Shown: positions 1 to 9,914 of the stretch, piece after piece
Position numbering within the stretch: position 1 is the stretch's first letter
Layout: each line of letters starts with the position of its first letter
DNA from: Candidatus Latescibacterota bacterium
GTDB taxonomy: Bacteria > Latescibacterota > UBA2968 > UBA8231
Length of the DNA stretch: 64,000 nucleotides
Direction: 5' to 3'
NCBI GenBank assembly: GCA_964291625.2
Contig: OZ220089.1
Location: forward strand, 2,624,001 to 2,688,000
The notes under the pieces: model-generated
What the model was told of the DNA's origin: nothing
Database searches by the model: none
Seen by the model: the letters and a program-made list of their open reading frames with translations, nothing else
Position numbers and translations under genes: made by a program

Positions 1-233
1 TCCACGACTCCCGCCCGCGCCAGCCGCCGCAGGATCTCCCGCCGTGCCTCGAGGACCTCCTCGCGGTCCAGCAGTCCGGGCAGGAACAGGTATCCGTCCT
101 CGGCCAGCCGCCGCCGCTGAGCCTCGGGGTCGCAGGCGATGTCGCGGGAGCGCCGGAGCTCGCCGAAGGCGTCCGCCCCGGCATCCATGGCCTCGCCGTT
201 GTAAGTCGGTCCGGATTCGATCGCGTCTCTCAT
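1..233 (-). CDS. Phytanoyl-CoA dioxygenase (PhyH) family protein, N-terminal part (runs off window edge)
   Basis: Manual translation from ATG at 233: MRDAIESG...RRRLAEDGYLFLPGLLDREEVLEARREI, matching the typical PhyH N-terminal 'f.edGYl.l.gll..eev' pattern; not in the ORF track. Confidence 0.65.
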   Translation of the reverse strand, partial: MRDAIESGPTYNGEAMDAGADAFGELRRSRDIACDPEAQRRRLAEDGYLFLPGLLDREEVLEARREILRRLARAGVV

Positions 234-256
234 GCCTGCCAAAGGAAAAAGCCTGA

Positions 257-286
257 TTGCCCCCCGTCCACACCCCTTGCTATCTT
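257..286 (+). promoter_or_regulatory. Possible sigma70 promoter for the D,D-carboxypeptidase gene
   Basis: TTGCCC-18 nt-TATCTT with TG extended -10, about 63 nt before ATG 350. Confidence 0.3.
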
Positions 287-349
287 AGGCACTCCCCGCC
301 TGATCGCTCCATCAATACTCCCGCTGTCCCGAAGTCGACGGAACCTGGC

Positions 350-1492
350 ATGCGCTCTCTGCTCCGGATCCCTGTACGCCTTCTGTGCCTGGCGTGGTTG
401 GCCATCACCCCCATCAGCGCCGCCGCGTACGATGTCGGCGGCAACCCGCCTTTCGCCTCCGCCCTGCTGCTGGAGGCCTCCACCGGCTCCGTCCTGTTCG
501 AGTACCGGGCCGATACGCCGAGATCCCCCGCCAGCACCCAGAAGTTGCTGCTCCAGCTCCTGGTCATGGAAGCCCTGGAGGACGGCCGTTTCGCCCTGAC
601 CGACTCCGTTCACACCTCCGCCCGGGCCAGCCGTACGGGTGGGTCCCAGGTCTACCTGCAGCAGGGGGAGGTCTTTCCCCTCTCGGAGATGATGGCGGCC
701 ATCGTCATCTCCTCCGCCAACGACGCCTGTGTGGCGGTGGCCGAGCACATCGGCGGCTCGGTGGAGGGGTTCGTCGCAATGATGAACGCCAAGGCCCGGG
801 AGCTCGGCATGGCGTCGACGCGATGCGTGAACGTCCACGGACTCGATGACACCCCCCGGGACAAGGGCAACGTGACCACGGCCAGGGATCTCGGCATCGT
901 CGCACGGGCCCTGCTCCCGCACCGCCGGATCCTCGAGTGGTCCTCGATTCGCGTGCGCCCTTTCCGCAACGGTGCCTTCACCCTCTTCACGACGAACAAG
1001 CTCCTCCGCCGCTTTCAGGGGCTCGACGGGTTGAAGACCGGCTACACGAAACGGGCCGGGTCGTGCCTGGTGGCCACCGCCCAGCGCAGCGACATGCGGC
1101 TCATCTCCGTCATCATGGGAGCGCGCAGAGAGCGGTTGCGGGATCGGGAGACGGCCCGTCTGCTGGAGTGGGGCTTCGCCCACTTCGTCAAGGGGCCGCT
1201 GACCCTGGCGGGTGAGTCGGTCGGCAAGGTTTCCCTCGACTGGGGGCAGGAGCCGGAGGTGGCGGCGGTGACATCCGACACCTTCGTCGCCGTCCTCACT
1301 CCGGAGCAGCGCCGGCGGGTGGAGCGGCGGGTGGAACTGCCGGAGGAGCAGCCGGCGCCGGTGGCGGCCGGGGACACCCTCGGCGTGCTTCACCTGCGCC
1401 TGGACGACGCCGTCCTCGCCCGGGTCGAGCTCGTCGCCGCCGATTCGGTTGCGCGCATGAGCGTCTGGGAGAAGCTGCTCAGCTACTTCTAG
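350..1492 (+). CDS. dacA: D-alanyl-D-alanine carboxypeptidase (PBP5/6, peptidase S11)
   Basis: SxxK (ASTQK), SxN (SAN) and KTG (LKTGYT) motifs; signal peptide after ATG 350; PBP5 C-terminal domain. Confidence 0.9.
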   Translation: MRSLLRIPVRLLCLAWLAITPISAAAYDVGGNPPFASALLLEASTGSVLFEYRADTPRSPASTQKLLLQLLVMEALEDGRFALTDSVHTSARASRTGGSQVYLQQGEVFPLSEMMAAIVISSANDACVAVAEHIGGSVEGFVAMMNAKARELGMASTRCVNVHGLDDTPRDKGNVTTARDLGIVARALLPHRRILEWSSIRVRPFRNGAFTLFTTNKLLRRFQGLDGLKTGYTKRAGSCLVATAQRSDMRLISVIMGARRERLRDRETARLLEWGFAHFVKGPLTLAGESVGKVSLDWGQEPEVAAVTSDTFVAVLTPEQRRRVERRVELPEEQPAPVAAGDTLGVLHLRLDDAVLARVELVAADSVARMSVWEKLLSYF

Positions 1493-1515
1493 GCGCGCGC
1501 CGGAGCCCGGGGCCC

Positions 1516-2571
1516 TCAATAGGCGTCCGGCCTGACGGCCAGCGAACGGTCCTCCAGCGGCAGGGAGATGCGGCGGCCGCCCTCCCGGCTCGAGGCGACC
1601 AGGCCGAGGACGATCTCCTGGCTGCGGCAGGCCAGCTCGATCCCGCCCTGGGTATCGCTGTCCTCGTCGAGAGCTCTCACCAGGTCCTCCATGGCGCGCA
1701 GGGTGCCGCTCTCGAGGCGCACCTCCGGACCCGCCGTCTCCTCGAGGCCATGGTCGCCGCCCCGGCGCCAGGTGTAGCCGCTCCCGTTGGACAGGGTGCG
1801 CAGCTTGCCTTCGCTGCCGCAGGCCTCGAACTCGTATCCCCCGGAGGCGACGAAGTAGGCGTGCACGCCGCTGGTGAAGCGCACGTACCCCATCTCGATC
1901 GGCGGGTCGACAGTCAGGCGTCCCTCCCGCCACTGGTCTTCTGTGAACCGGCAGGTGGCCTGAACGAACTCCGCCTCCCCGTCGCCGGCCAGCATCAGCA
2001 GCATGTCGGCGGCGTGGGTGTGCCCCCACTGGGCCGCGCCCGTTCCGCAGTGCCCGATGACCGCCTGCAACTGGCCGATCCTGCCGTCGTCGATCATCTC
2101 CCGGGCGTTGCGGTAGAGGTGCACGTAGCGCCGCTGGGTCCCGTAGTTGAACTTGACCCCGTGGGCGGTGACCGCCGCCGCCATGGCGTCGGCCTCGGCC
2201 ATCGAGTTGCACAGCGGCTTCTCGCAGTAGAGGGCGCGCACGCCGTTCTCGGCGGCGAAGATCGTCACCGGCGCGTGCGGCGAGGGCCGGGTGGCGATGC
2301 AGACGATGTCCAGTCCCTCCTGCCGGATCATCTCCTCGGGGTCGGTGTACACCGCGGCCGCTCCGTACCGGGCCGCGGCCTCCTCCGCCTTGGTCGTGAC
2401 CGGGTCGCAGACCGCCGCCAGGTCCGTCCGGGCGCAGGCGCTGACCGCCGCTGCATGGGAGTACGGCAGGAAGAGCTCGCTGTCGGGACGGCCCTTCACC
2501 TCGTCGTCGATCGTGGCGCCCATCCGCCCGCATCCCACGAGGCCCGCGCGGTAGGTCGAAGCCATTTCCAT
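1516..2571 (-). CDS. Gfo/Idh/MocA family oxidoreductase
   Basis: GLVGCGRMG Rossmann motif, CEKP motif, GTQRRY. Confidence 0.9.
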   Translation of the reverse strand: MEMASTYRAGLVGCGRMGATIDDEVKGRPDSELFLPYSHAAAVSACARTDLAAVCDPVTTKAEEAAARYGAAAVYTDPEEMIRQEGLDIVCIATRPSPHAPVTIFAAENGVRALYCEKPLCNSMAEADAMAAAVTAHGVKFNYGTQRRYVHLYRNAREMIDDGRIGQLQAVIGHCGTGAAQWGHTHAADMLLMLAGDGEAEFVQATCRFTEDQWREGRLTVDPPIEMGYVRFTSGVHAYFVASGGYEFEACGSEGKLRTLSNGSGYTWRRGGDHGLEETAGPEVRLESGTLRAMEDLVRALDEDSDTQGGIELACRSQEIVLGLVASSREGGRRISLPLEDRSLAVRPDAY

Positions 2572-2599
2572 CCTCTCTTTTCGGGGGCCGGAGCCGGCC

Positions 2600-2628
2600 T
2601 TGACCGTATTTCGGGCGGGCCGTACGCT
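2600..2628 (+). promoter_or_regulatory. Sigma70-type promoter of tRNA-Val
   Basis: TTGACC (2600-2605), 17-nt spacer, TACGCT (2623-2628), 11 nt upstream of the tRNA. Confidence 0.7.
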
Positions 2629-2639
2629 CTTGCCTCGTC

Positions 2640-2716
2640 GGGCGATTAGCTCAGCTGGTTAGAGTGCCTGCTTGACATGCAGGAGGTCGCTGGTTCAATT
2701 CCAGCATCGCCCACCA
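2640..2716 (+). tRNA. tRNA-Val (anticodon GAC)
   Basis: Cloverleaf: acceptor GGGCGAT/ATCGCCC, D-arm GCTC/GAGT, anticodon stem CCTGC-TTGACAT-GCAGG, T-arm GCTGG-TTCAATT-CCAGC, encoded CCA. Confidence 0.97.
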
Positions 2717-2719
2717 TCC

Positions 2720-2753
2720 AAAGCTCTGGGGGGTTCCCCCCGGGGCTTTTTTT
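2720..2753 (+). terminator. Rho-independent terminator after tRNA-Val (possibly bidirectional)
   Basis: AAAGCTCTGGGGGG-TT-CCCCCCGGGGCTTT stem followed by a T-run; a convergent gene ends at 2754. Confidence 0.8.
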
Positions 2754-3902
2754 CTATTCCTCATCGGGGCCTGGCCGCACCAACCGTCCCGCCCGGAACG
2801 TGGCCAGCGGCTCCCAGCAGCCCCCTGCGCGTTCAGCGCCCCGGCAGTCCGCCAACCGTCCTTCCGGGTTCCAGTTCAGCAGCGCCAGGTCGGCGCAGGC
2901 CCCCGGGGCCAGCGTTCCGGCCTCTCCCTTCAGGCCGAGCAGCTTCGCCGGGCGCGCCGTGGCGCGCGCCAGAACCTCGGTCTCGGGCATGCCGGCGGCG
3001 ATGAACTTCGACATCGTCCGCGGCAGGTCGTGCCGGGGATTGCTGCCGAGGTGGCGGTTGTACTGATCGGTGGAGACGGTGTCGGGGTAGAACCCCTCGG
3101 CCATGGCGGCCTCGGCGTGGTCGAAGCTGAAGGACTGCATCCCGTGGCAGCCGTCGAACAGGACCCCGCGCTCCCGGGCCTCCCGGACCGCCGGGCGCAC
3201 CCTGCCGCCGGCGAGGATGTTGTCCTCGAGAAAGCTGTAGGTGTAGGTCACCAGATCGCCGCCCCGCAGGTGGGGCAACTGCTCCTCGAGGGGGAAGTCG
3301 CCCTGGAACCTCGGACCGTAGAGGATGGGGCGCCCGCAACGCTCGGCGGCCTCGATACCGCGGCGCATGATCTCCCTCGGATCGTGGGAGATCGCCGGAC
3401 TCCGCATGGTGTTGAAGGCGATGCCCCAGATCTCGTCGCCGGCCGCGGCGGCGGTGGCGGCGCACAGATCGATGTCGGCGTCCTCCAACTGCTCGAAGCA
3501 GTGTTCCCCCCGAGACTCGCCGTGCTTGGACAGGTGCAGGGCCAGGCGCACCCGCGTGCGGCAACCGCCGATCACCTCGTCGCGGTAGGCCGGCCAGTTG
3601 AGCGCTCCGGCGTCGCCCTGGGACATGCAGGTGGTGACCCCCCGAGGCAGGAAGTGCTCGTCCGGGTCGACGCCGTAGCGCGAGCCCCCGCGCGCCGGAT
3701 GGGCGTGCATGTCCACGAGGCCGGGCAGCAGCAGCGCATCCGGGTAGTCCAGGGTCCTGGCGGCGGAGCCTTCCACCGCCGGGCCCGAGGCGGCGATGCG
3801 GCCGCCGCGCACCGCGACCACGCCCGGGCCATCGAGGCCGGTCTCGGCGCAGAACACGCGGCCGGCGGTGATCAGCAGATCGTAGTCGGCTGCGCCGGTC
3901 AT
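2754..3902 (-). CDS. Amidohydrolase / deacetylase family metallohydrolase (dihydroorotase-like)
   Basis: MTGAADYDLLITAGRV start; PGLVDMHAH metal motif, GVTT..GDAG, PDTVSTD, GACADLALL. Confidence 0.85.
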   Translation of the reverse strand: MTGAADYDLLITAGRVFCAETGLDGPGVVAVRGGRIAASGPAVEGSAARTLDYPDALLLPGLVDMHAHPARGGSRYGVDPDEHFLPRGVTTCMSQGDAGALNWPAYRDEVIGGCRTRVRLALHLSKHGESRGEHCFEQLEDADIDLCAATAAAAGDEIWGIAFNTMRSPAISHDPREIMRRGIEAAERCGRPILYGPRFQGDFPLEEQLPHLRGGDLVTYTYSFLEDNILAGGRVRPAVREARERGVLFDGCHGMQSFSFDHAEAAMAEGFYPDTVSTDQYNRHLGSNPRHDLPRTMSKFIAAGMPETEVLARATARPAKLLGLKGEAGTLAPGACADLALLNWNPEGRLADCRGAERAGGCWEPLATFRAGRLVRPGPDEE

Positions 3903-4834
3903 GGGCTTCCCGGGGGAGGGCAGGAGATGGCGACGATCGGTGCGGGGGCCTTCCACTCGACCGCCCAGCTCCGTCCGCGGTCGCCGCTGCGGTACAGCCG
4001 GTCCTCGACCGAGGCCCAGGCCGCGCCGCCGGCGTCGAAGGCCACCTGGAAGGTGTCCACGTTGTCCAGGGTGGTCTCCGGAAAGCCGGCGTCCGGCGAC
4101 GCCCACGAACGACCGGCATCGCCGCTGCGGAAGAGCCGACCCGTGCCCTCGGCGCGGGGCCCGCGGCTCACCGAGGCCAGCAGGCAGTCCGGGTCCTCGG
4201 GATGGACGGCGATGGCCCGCCCGTACCGGCACGGCAGGCCGTCGGCGCGGTGGCGCCACGACTCGCCCCGGTTCTCGCTGACGAAGACGGCGTCGGCGGT
4301 ATTGACGTAGACCCGCTCCGGGGCGGCGGGGCAGACCGCCACCTGGTGCACGTCCGGGTGCAGGCCGGGATTCACCGGCGCCCAGGACTGCCCCGCGTCG
4401 GCGGAGCGCACGATGCTGCCCACGTGAATGTCGGCGTACACGTCGTCGCCGGAGCGGGCGAGGCTGCGCACCGCCGGCGGACCTCCCCAGGGGGTGTACC
4501 AGTCGCCGCGGACCTCCAGGCGGTCGAAGGACTCGACCCGGGCCGCCGGCTGGCCGTCCTCCAGCCGGTAGAGGTGGGCCGGCTCGGTGCCGATGAGCAG
4601 GGTCAGCGGGTCCTCCCGCAGCACCTGGATGCAGTGGATCTCGTCGCCGATGCCGCTGGCCACGTGATCGGTGCCCCCGGGCCCGAAGACGGCGACCCCG
4701 CCGTCTGCCTGCGCCGCCACACCGCCCCCGGCGAAGGCGTCGACCATGACCGCCCCGTCGTGGACCCGCGCCGGTTCCGGCCTCGGCGCCGGCGCCTCGG
4801 CGCGGTAGACCCCCTCTTCGGTCAGAATCAGCAT
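3899..4834 (-). CDS. BNR/Asp-box repeat beta-propeller protein (sialidase/VPS10-like)
   Basis: Repeated Asp-boxes RSADAGQSW, SENRGESW, RSGDAGRSW, RSGDRGRSW; ATG at 4834. Confidence 0.75.
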   Translation of the reverse strand: MLILTEEGVYRAEAPAPRPEPARVHDGAVMVDAFAGGGVAAQADGGVAVFGPGGTDHVASGIGDEIHCIQVLREDPLTLLIGTEPAHLYRLEDGQPAARVESFDRLEVRGDWYTPWGGPPAVRSLARSGDDVYADIHVGSIVRSADAGQSWAPVNPGLHPDVHQVAVCPAAPERVYVNTADAVFVSENRGESWRHRADGLPCRYGRAIAVHPEDPDCLLASVSRGPRAEGTGRLFRSGDAGRSWASPDAGFPETTLDNVDTFQVAFDAGGAAWASVEDRLYRSGDRGRSWAVEWKAPAPIVAISCPPPGSP

Positions 4835-4851
4835 GGTGATCTCCCGCGGCC

Positions 4852-6030
4852 TCAGGCCGCCCGTGTCTCCAACCACTCCCTGGTGATTCCCAGTCCGAAG
4901 CCCGGTGCGTCGCTGGGCACGAGCTCCCCGTTCTCGATGACGGCGGTCCCTGGCAGCTTCACCATCTCGGCCAGCGGCACCCCCGGCGGCGAGACCCCCT
5001 CGGAACGCTCTCCCCAGGCGACGGCGGGCATGGCGAAGGAGAGGTGCTGTCCGTACGGGTAGTTCATGCCGCCGTGGGGGAGCACGCTCTGGCCGTGCCC
5101 TTCGGCGAGGTGGCAGATGCGCAGGACGGCGCTGATGCCGCCTACCCAGCGGATGTCGGGCTGGAAGATGTCGATCAGCCCGTTGGCCGCGGCGAAGGCG
5201 AAGGGCGGGATGGAGTACCAGTGCTCGCCGGTGGCCAGGATCTGGTGGGGGATGCGCTGCCGCAGTCGGGAGTAGCTGCCGAGGTCCTCCGGACGCAGGG
5301 AGTCCTCGAACCACTTGATGCGGTAGGGCTTCAAGGCCTCGGAGAGGCGCACCACGTACTCGACGTCGAAGGACATCCAGGCGTCGACCATCAACTCGCG
5401 CTCGTCGCCGATCAGCTCGCGGGCGGTGGCGACCAGCTCCTCGTTGCGGCGCAACCCCTCCATGTCGTCGGTCGGGCCGTGGCGGAAGAAGACCTTGACC
5501 GCCTTGAAGCCGAGCTCGAGGAACCACTCGATGGTGCTCTCCAGGCCGTAGTCGTGGCCGGTGGCGCTGGCGTAGCAGGGGATCGAGCTCTTCTGAGGAC
5601 CTCCCAGCAGCTCGTAGACCGGCCGCTGCAGCACCTTGCCCTTGAGGTCCCACAGGGCCATGTCGACGGCGCTGATGGCGTAGCTGGCCAGACCCGAGGT
5701 CCCGTAGTGGGCGGTGGCGCGCTGCATCACGTCGAAGAGCTTCTCCGTGGCCATGCAGTTCTGCCCCGTGATCAGCGGGCCCAGGTGGTCGTTGATGATG
5801 CTGACCGCGGGCGGCGAGAACGAGCCGAAGCCGAATCCCCACGTGCCGTCCCTGGCGGTGATCACGCAGGCCAGGTCCGTCCAGCGGCCGTGCCAGTCGG
5901 GCAGCAGGTCGGGGTAGCGGCGCATGGGACTGACCATGGGAGGCGCGTCCTCCCGCCGCGGGATGCGCGGCGGCGTCACCGGGTGGGGGGCGGCACGGAT
6001 GGGGAAGGCGCGGACCTCGTCAATGATCAT
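4852..6030 (-). CDS. Mandelate racemase/muconate lactonizing enzyme family (L-rhamnonate dehydratase-like)
   Basis: AISAVDMALWDLKGK..PVYELLGG, LMVDAW, WFED, TGEHWY, QPDIRWVGG. Confidence 0.88.
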   Translation of the reverse strand: MIIDEVRAFPIRAAPHPVTPPRIPRREDAPPMVSPMRRYPDLLPDWHGRWTDLACVITARDGTWGFGFGSFSPPAVSIINDHLGPLITGQNCMATEKLFDVMQRATAHYGTSGLASYAISAVDMALWDLKGKVLQRPVYELLGGPQKSSIPCYASATGHDYGLESTIEWFLELGFKAVKVFFRHGPTDDMEGLRRNEELVATARELIGDERELMVDAWMSFDVEYVVRLSEALKPYRIKWFEDSLRPEDLGSYSRLRQRIPHQILATGEHWYSIPPFAFAAANGLIDIFQPDIRWVGGISAVLRICHLAEGHGQSVLPHGGMNYPYGQHLSFAMPAVAWGERSEGVSPPGVPLAEMVKLPGTAVIENGELVPSDAPGFGLGITREWLETRAA

Positions 6031-6151
6031 GGGCGCCAAAGAACCGGCCGGGGGCTTCGGCGAGTCAATTGGCGGCCGGGTGCGGGATGCCGGATTGCGC
6101 GGGACCCGGGAATCGCCCTGATTGCCGGCTCTCCGGCGGAAGGAGCGAGGC

Positions 6152-7309
6152 ATGCGCATCACCGACATCAAGGTCTACCCCACGCGGGTCGGACACCGGA
6201 ACCAGCTGATCGTCAAGGTGGAGACCGACGAGGGAATCCACGGCTGGGGGGAGTCCGGGGTCTCCGGCCGCGAGATGGCCGTGCAGGGAGCGGTACGCCA
6301 CTACCGCGAGTTCCTGATCGGGCGGGACCCGCGGCGGCCCGGGGCCCTGTGGCAGGAGATGTACCGCAGTCAGTACTTCGAGGGCGGAAGGATCCTGACG
6401 GGGGCGATCTCGGCCGTGGATATCGCCCTCTACGACATCACCGCCAGGGCCCTGGACGTGCCCGTCCATCAGCTCCTCGGCGGCAGGCAGCGCGACTTCG
6501 TCCCCTGCTTCGCCACCACCGGCGCCGGCTCGCTGGAACAGCTCGTCGCCAACACCAGGCTGCTCCTCGACAGCGGCTGGAGCGTGATCCGCACCGGCAT
6601 GGCCTCCCGCCCGGAGAGCGGCGCGGGGCGGTTCGAGCCGCGGGAATCGATCGGGGTCACCGCCGAGTGGCTCACCGCCCTGCGCGGCCAGATCGGCCCG
6701 GACCCGGTACTCGGCATCGACTACCACCACCGGCTGTCGGTGGCCGAGGCCGCTTCCTTCTGCCAGCGGATGCCCCCGGGGACCCTCGACTTCCTCGAGG
6801 AGCCGATCCGGGACGAATCGCCCGAGGCCTACGAGTCCCTGCGCACGATGACGGACGTGCCCTTCGCCATCGGAGAGGAGTTCCCCAGCAAGTGGCAGTT
6901 TCTGCCCTACATCGAGCGCGGCATCACCCAGTTCGCCCGCCTCGACATCTGCAACGTCGGCGGTTTCACAGAGGCGCTGAAGGTGGCCGCCATGTGCGAG
7001 GCCCACTACATCGACCTGATGCCCCACAACCCCCTGGGGCCGATCTGCACCGCCGCGAGCGTCCACCTCGGGGCGGCGGTGCCGAACTTCGCCTGGCTGG
7101 AGGCGCGGGTCTCGCCCACCGAGGACCTGGGGTTCCAGGACTCCGAGCTGTTCCCCGTGCAGCTGCAGTTGGAGGGGGACCGGTTCCCGGTGCCGGAGGG
7201 GCCCGGCCTCGGGGTGGAGTTCAACGAGGAGGCCGCGGCGGCGCAGCGCTTCGCATTCTGGGAGGCGCCTCACCTGCGGCGCCGGGATGGATCCTACACC
7301 AACTGGTGA
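6152..7309 (+). CDS. Mandelate racemase family, galactonate dehydratase-like
   Basis: RBS AAGGAG; VKVETDEGIHGWGE, AISAVDIALYD, IDYHHR, EEP, GEE, PHNPLGP. Confidence 0.88.
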   Translation: MRITDIKVYPTRVGHRNQLIVKVETDEGIHGWGESGVSGREMAVQGAVRHYREFLIGRDPRRPGALWQEMYRSQYFEGGRILTGAISAVDIALYDITARALDVPVHQLLGGRQRDFVPCFATTGAGSLEQLVANTRLLLDSGWSVIRTGMASRPESGAGRFEPRESIGVTAEWLTALRGQIGPDPVLGIDYHHRLSVAEAASFCQRMPPGTLDFLEEPIRDESPEAYESLRTMTDVPFAIGEEFPSKWQFLPYIERGITQFARLDICNVGGFTEALKVAAMCEAHYIDLMPHNPLGPICTAASVHLGAAVPNFAWLEARVSPTEDLGFQDSELFPVQLQLEGDRFPVPEGPGLGVEFNEEAAAAQRFAFWEAPHLRRRDGSYTNW

Positions 7310-7327
7310 GCGGGGCCGGGGCGGATC

Positions 7328-8278
7328 TCAGTTGACGACGTTCCGGGGACTCCCGTCGAGGAAGGCCCGCACGTTGTCGACCACGGTGTCCAACAGGCGC
7401 TGGCGGGCGGCCCCCGTGGCCCAGGCGTTGTGGGGCGTGATGTAGCAGTTCCGCACCCCGTAGAGCGGATGCCCGGCGGCCGGCGGCTCCACGGCCATCA
7501 CGTCCAGACCGGCGCCGGCGATGCGCCCCTCCTGGAGAGCTTCTCGGAGGGCCTCCTCGTCCACCAGGGGCCCGCGGCTGGTGTTGATGAGGAAGGCCGT
7601 CGGCTTCATCAGCGACAGCCGCCTGCGATCGACGATCCCCTCCGTCTCCGGCGTCAGCGGGCAGTGCAGGGAGACGGCGTCACAGCGGCGGAAGAGGTCG
7701 TCCAGGCCGGCGTGTTCCACCCAGTCGAGGGACGGGTCCGGGGTGCGGGTGTGGGCCAGGACCCGCATGCCGAAGGCCCTCGCCAGCTCGGCGGTGCGGC
7801 GGCCGATGCGGCCCATACCGACGATGCCGAAGAGCAGTCCCTCGAGTTCGACGAGGGGATGGTCCCAGAAGCTGAAGTCCCGGCACTCGGCCCAGCGGTC
7901 GGCGTTGACCGCGGCGGCGTGGTCGCCGATGCGCTGGGTCAGGTTGAGGAGGTGGGCGATGGCCGCCTGGGCTACCGAGGCGGTGCCGTAGGTGGGCACG
8001 TTGCACACCGGGATGCCGCGTTCACGGGCGGCCTCGATGTCAACGATGTTGAAGCCGGTGGCCAGCACGCCTATGTATCGAAGCCCGGGCAGTTCGTCGA
8101 GATGGCGGCCGGAGAGGATGGTCTTGTTGGTAAGGAGGATATCGGCCCCGCGGGCTCTCTCCAGGACCTGATCGGCAGTGGAGTGTTCGTGAACGGTGAC
8201 GTCGCCCAGGGACTCGAGGCCGGACCAGGTGAGGTCGCCGGGATTCAGGGTGAAGCCATCGAGCACGACGATCTTCAT
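7328..8278 (-). CDS. D-2-hydroxyacid dehydrogenase (glycerate dehydrogenase/HprA-like)
   Basis: MKIVVLDGFTLNPGDL, GIVGMGRIG, SLHCPLT, INTSRG, LDV..EPP, TPHNAW. Confidence 0.92.
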   Translation of the reverse strand: MKIVVLDGFTLNPGDLTWSGLESLGDVTVHEHSTADQVLERARGADILLTNKTILSGRHLDELPGLRYIGVLATGFNIVDIEAARERGIPVCNVPTYGTASVAQAAIAHLLNLTQRIGDHAAAVNADRWAECRDFSFWDHPLVELEGLLFGIVGMGRIGRRTAELARAFGMRVLAHTRTPDPSLDWVEHAGLDDLFRRCDAVSLHCPLTPETEGIVDRRRLSLMKPTAFLINTSRGPLVDEEALREALQEGRIAGAGLDVMAVEPPAAGHPLYGVRNCYITPHNAWATGAARQRLLDTVVDNVRAFLDGSPRNVVN

Positions 8279-8410
8279 GAGTCGCGGGCGGCGCCGAAGG
8301 TGGCTGCCGCTGGAGGCAGGGCGAGACGGACCTGGCCGGGCCGGCCGGGCTCGGAGGGATGGAGTCAGCGGCCCCGGGTCCGGGGCCGCCCGTGTGTCCG
8401 GGGCAGGGGG

Positions 8411-9172
8411 CTACTCCCTGATCCGGAAAGCGATGGCCGCGTTGATCGCCTCGGTGGTTCCGCCTGAGGTGATGAAATCCTGAACCTCGGCGGCGTTGAC
8501 GATCTCGGTGCTGAAGTGGTCGTTGAAGATGAAGAAGTCTTCGAACCCGACGACACCGTCGCCATCCAGGTCGAAGACCGGGTCGAAGCCGTCGTCGCCT
8601 TCCCTCCGGCCGAGGTTCTCGTGGAGCAGAAAGAAGTCGTCCAGGCCGACTCTCGCTCCCACGTAGCTGAACCAGCCGAGGACCAGGTTGCCATCGGCAT
8701 CGCGGGGCAGCGGGGCCGGGGTGACGGTACGGGCCCGGTCGGCCTCGGACCCGGGCTCGATGACCAGCATGGCCTCGTTGTCGGCATCGTAGGCCCGGAC
8801 CTCGTAGACGTACACCCCGCCGCCCGCGGTGATGTCGCCGTCGGTGTACTCGGTGATGCCGGGCGGGGTGCTGCCGATCTTGGACGGCTCCGAACCGTCG
8901 ATGCTGCGATACACGCGGTATCCGTGGACGAGGTTGCGGTAAACGTGCTGGCCGCCGAAAGTCGATCCCACGGCGTTGTCGTCGTCCGACGCGGTCCAGG
9001 TCAGGAGGACGTTGTCCTCCGCGAAAACGGCGGTGAGGCCGGTGGCCGGCGCGGGCGGGATGTCGTCGATGGAGCGGACCAACCCGTCGCCCTGGCCGTC
9101 GGAACGGACGGGGCCGAAGCAAAGGATGGCGGCGCACAGGCCGACGGCGGTTCCCTTCTTGGCAGAGAGCAT
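8411..9172 (-). CDS. Secreted protein with fibronectin type III domain and C-terminal dockerin/EF-hand-like domain
   Basis: Signal peptide; FN3 pattern PPAPATGLTA..VLLTW..GYRVYRS..YTD..YVYEVRAYD; C-terminal FDLDGDGVVGFEDFFIF. Confidence 0.7.
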   Translation of the reverse strand: MLSAKKGTAVGLCAAILCFGPVRSDGQGDGLVRSIDDIPPAPATGLTAVFAEDNVLLTWTASDDDNAVGSTFGGQHVYRNLVHGYRVYRSIDGSEPSKIGSTPPGITEYTDGDITAGGGVYVYEVRAYDADNEAMLVIEPGSEADRARTVTPAPLPRDADGNLVLGWFSYVGARVGLDDFFLLHENLGRREGDDGFDPVFDLDGDGVVGFEDFFIFNDHFSTEIVNAAEVQDFITSGGTTEAINAAIAFRIRE

Positions 9173-9303
9173 ACGTTACCTCCGGAGGGTTGAGCAGGCC
9201 GCTTGTGACAGGCCGGCTAGCACCCTAACCGCTCCGGAGGGAGAAGTCAAGCGAAAAACGGGCCGCCGCGTCGGGGCAGCGGGCTCACGAAACGGGAGGA
9301 TCC

Positions 9304-9777
9304 ATGAACAGTCTCGCGGAGCGGGAGATCCCTCTGCTGGAGCAGACCCTCTCCCTGCGCACGCAGTTGCTGGACATCCTGGGCGACGCCGATCTCGCTC
9401 ACGCCCTGCCCGGCAACCCGTCTCTCGGCGCGCTGTGCCGCGAGGCGGGTCAGTTGGAGGAGATCTACACCGACTCCTTCCGGACCTTCACCGTGGACTG
9501 GAGAGAGCGGCCGGCGCCCGGGGGAGCGGCGAGGAGAGTGACGGTCCTGCGGGAGTGGTACGCCCGCTCGGACGCTGCCCTGAAGGAGGCCCTATGCGCC
9601 CTCAGCGAGGAGGATGTCCAGGGGAAGCGGATCGATCGCGGGGATTTCAGCGTGCCCGTGGGAGTGCAGTTTCACATCTACCGCGAGTCGATCCTGATCT
9701 TCTGCGGCAAGGCGAGCGTATACCTGCGCTCCCTCGGCGAGGACCTGCCCGAGCAGTGGCGGCAGTGGATCGGTTGA
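9304..9777 (+). CDS. Hypothetical protein, DinB/YfiT-like helical bundle
   Basis: RBS GGGAGG; pattern 'D.DL....pG..SLG.L' typical of DinB-like proteins. Confidence 0.55.
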   Translation: MNSLAEREIPLLEQTLSLRTQLLDILGDADLAHALPGNPSLGALCREAGQLEEIYTDSFRTFTVDWRERPAPGGAARRVTVLREWYARSDAALKEALCALSEEDVQGKRIDRGDFSVPVGVQFHIYRESILIFCGKASVYLRSLGEDLPEQWRQWIG

Positions 9778-9914
9778 TCCGGCCCATCGCCGGGGAGCGC
9801 CGCGCCGGTACGCTCCCCGCGCCTGGTGTTCCCCGTGCCGGGTTCTCGCCCGCGCCCCCCAACCACCCTATCCTTCCCTGACCCTGTCTCCGCCTGCCAA
9901 TCCCCGGAGGCCCC

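Noticed and set aside
2640-2760. tRNA-Val as an island integration site
   Set aside because: It is followed directly by its terminator and a host-like gene; I saw no integrase and no duplicated tRNA 3' end in the window.
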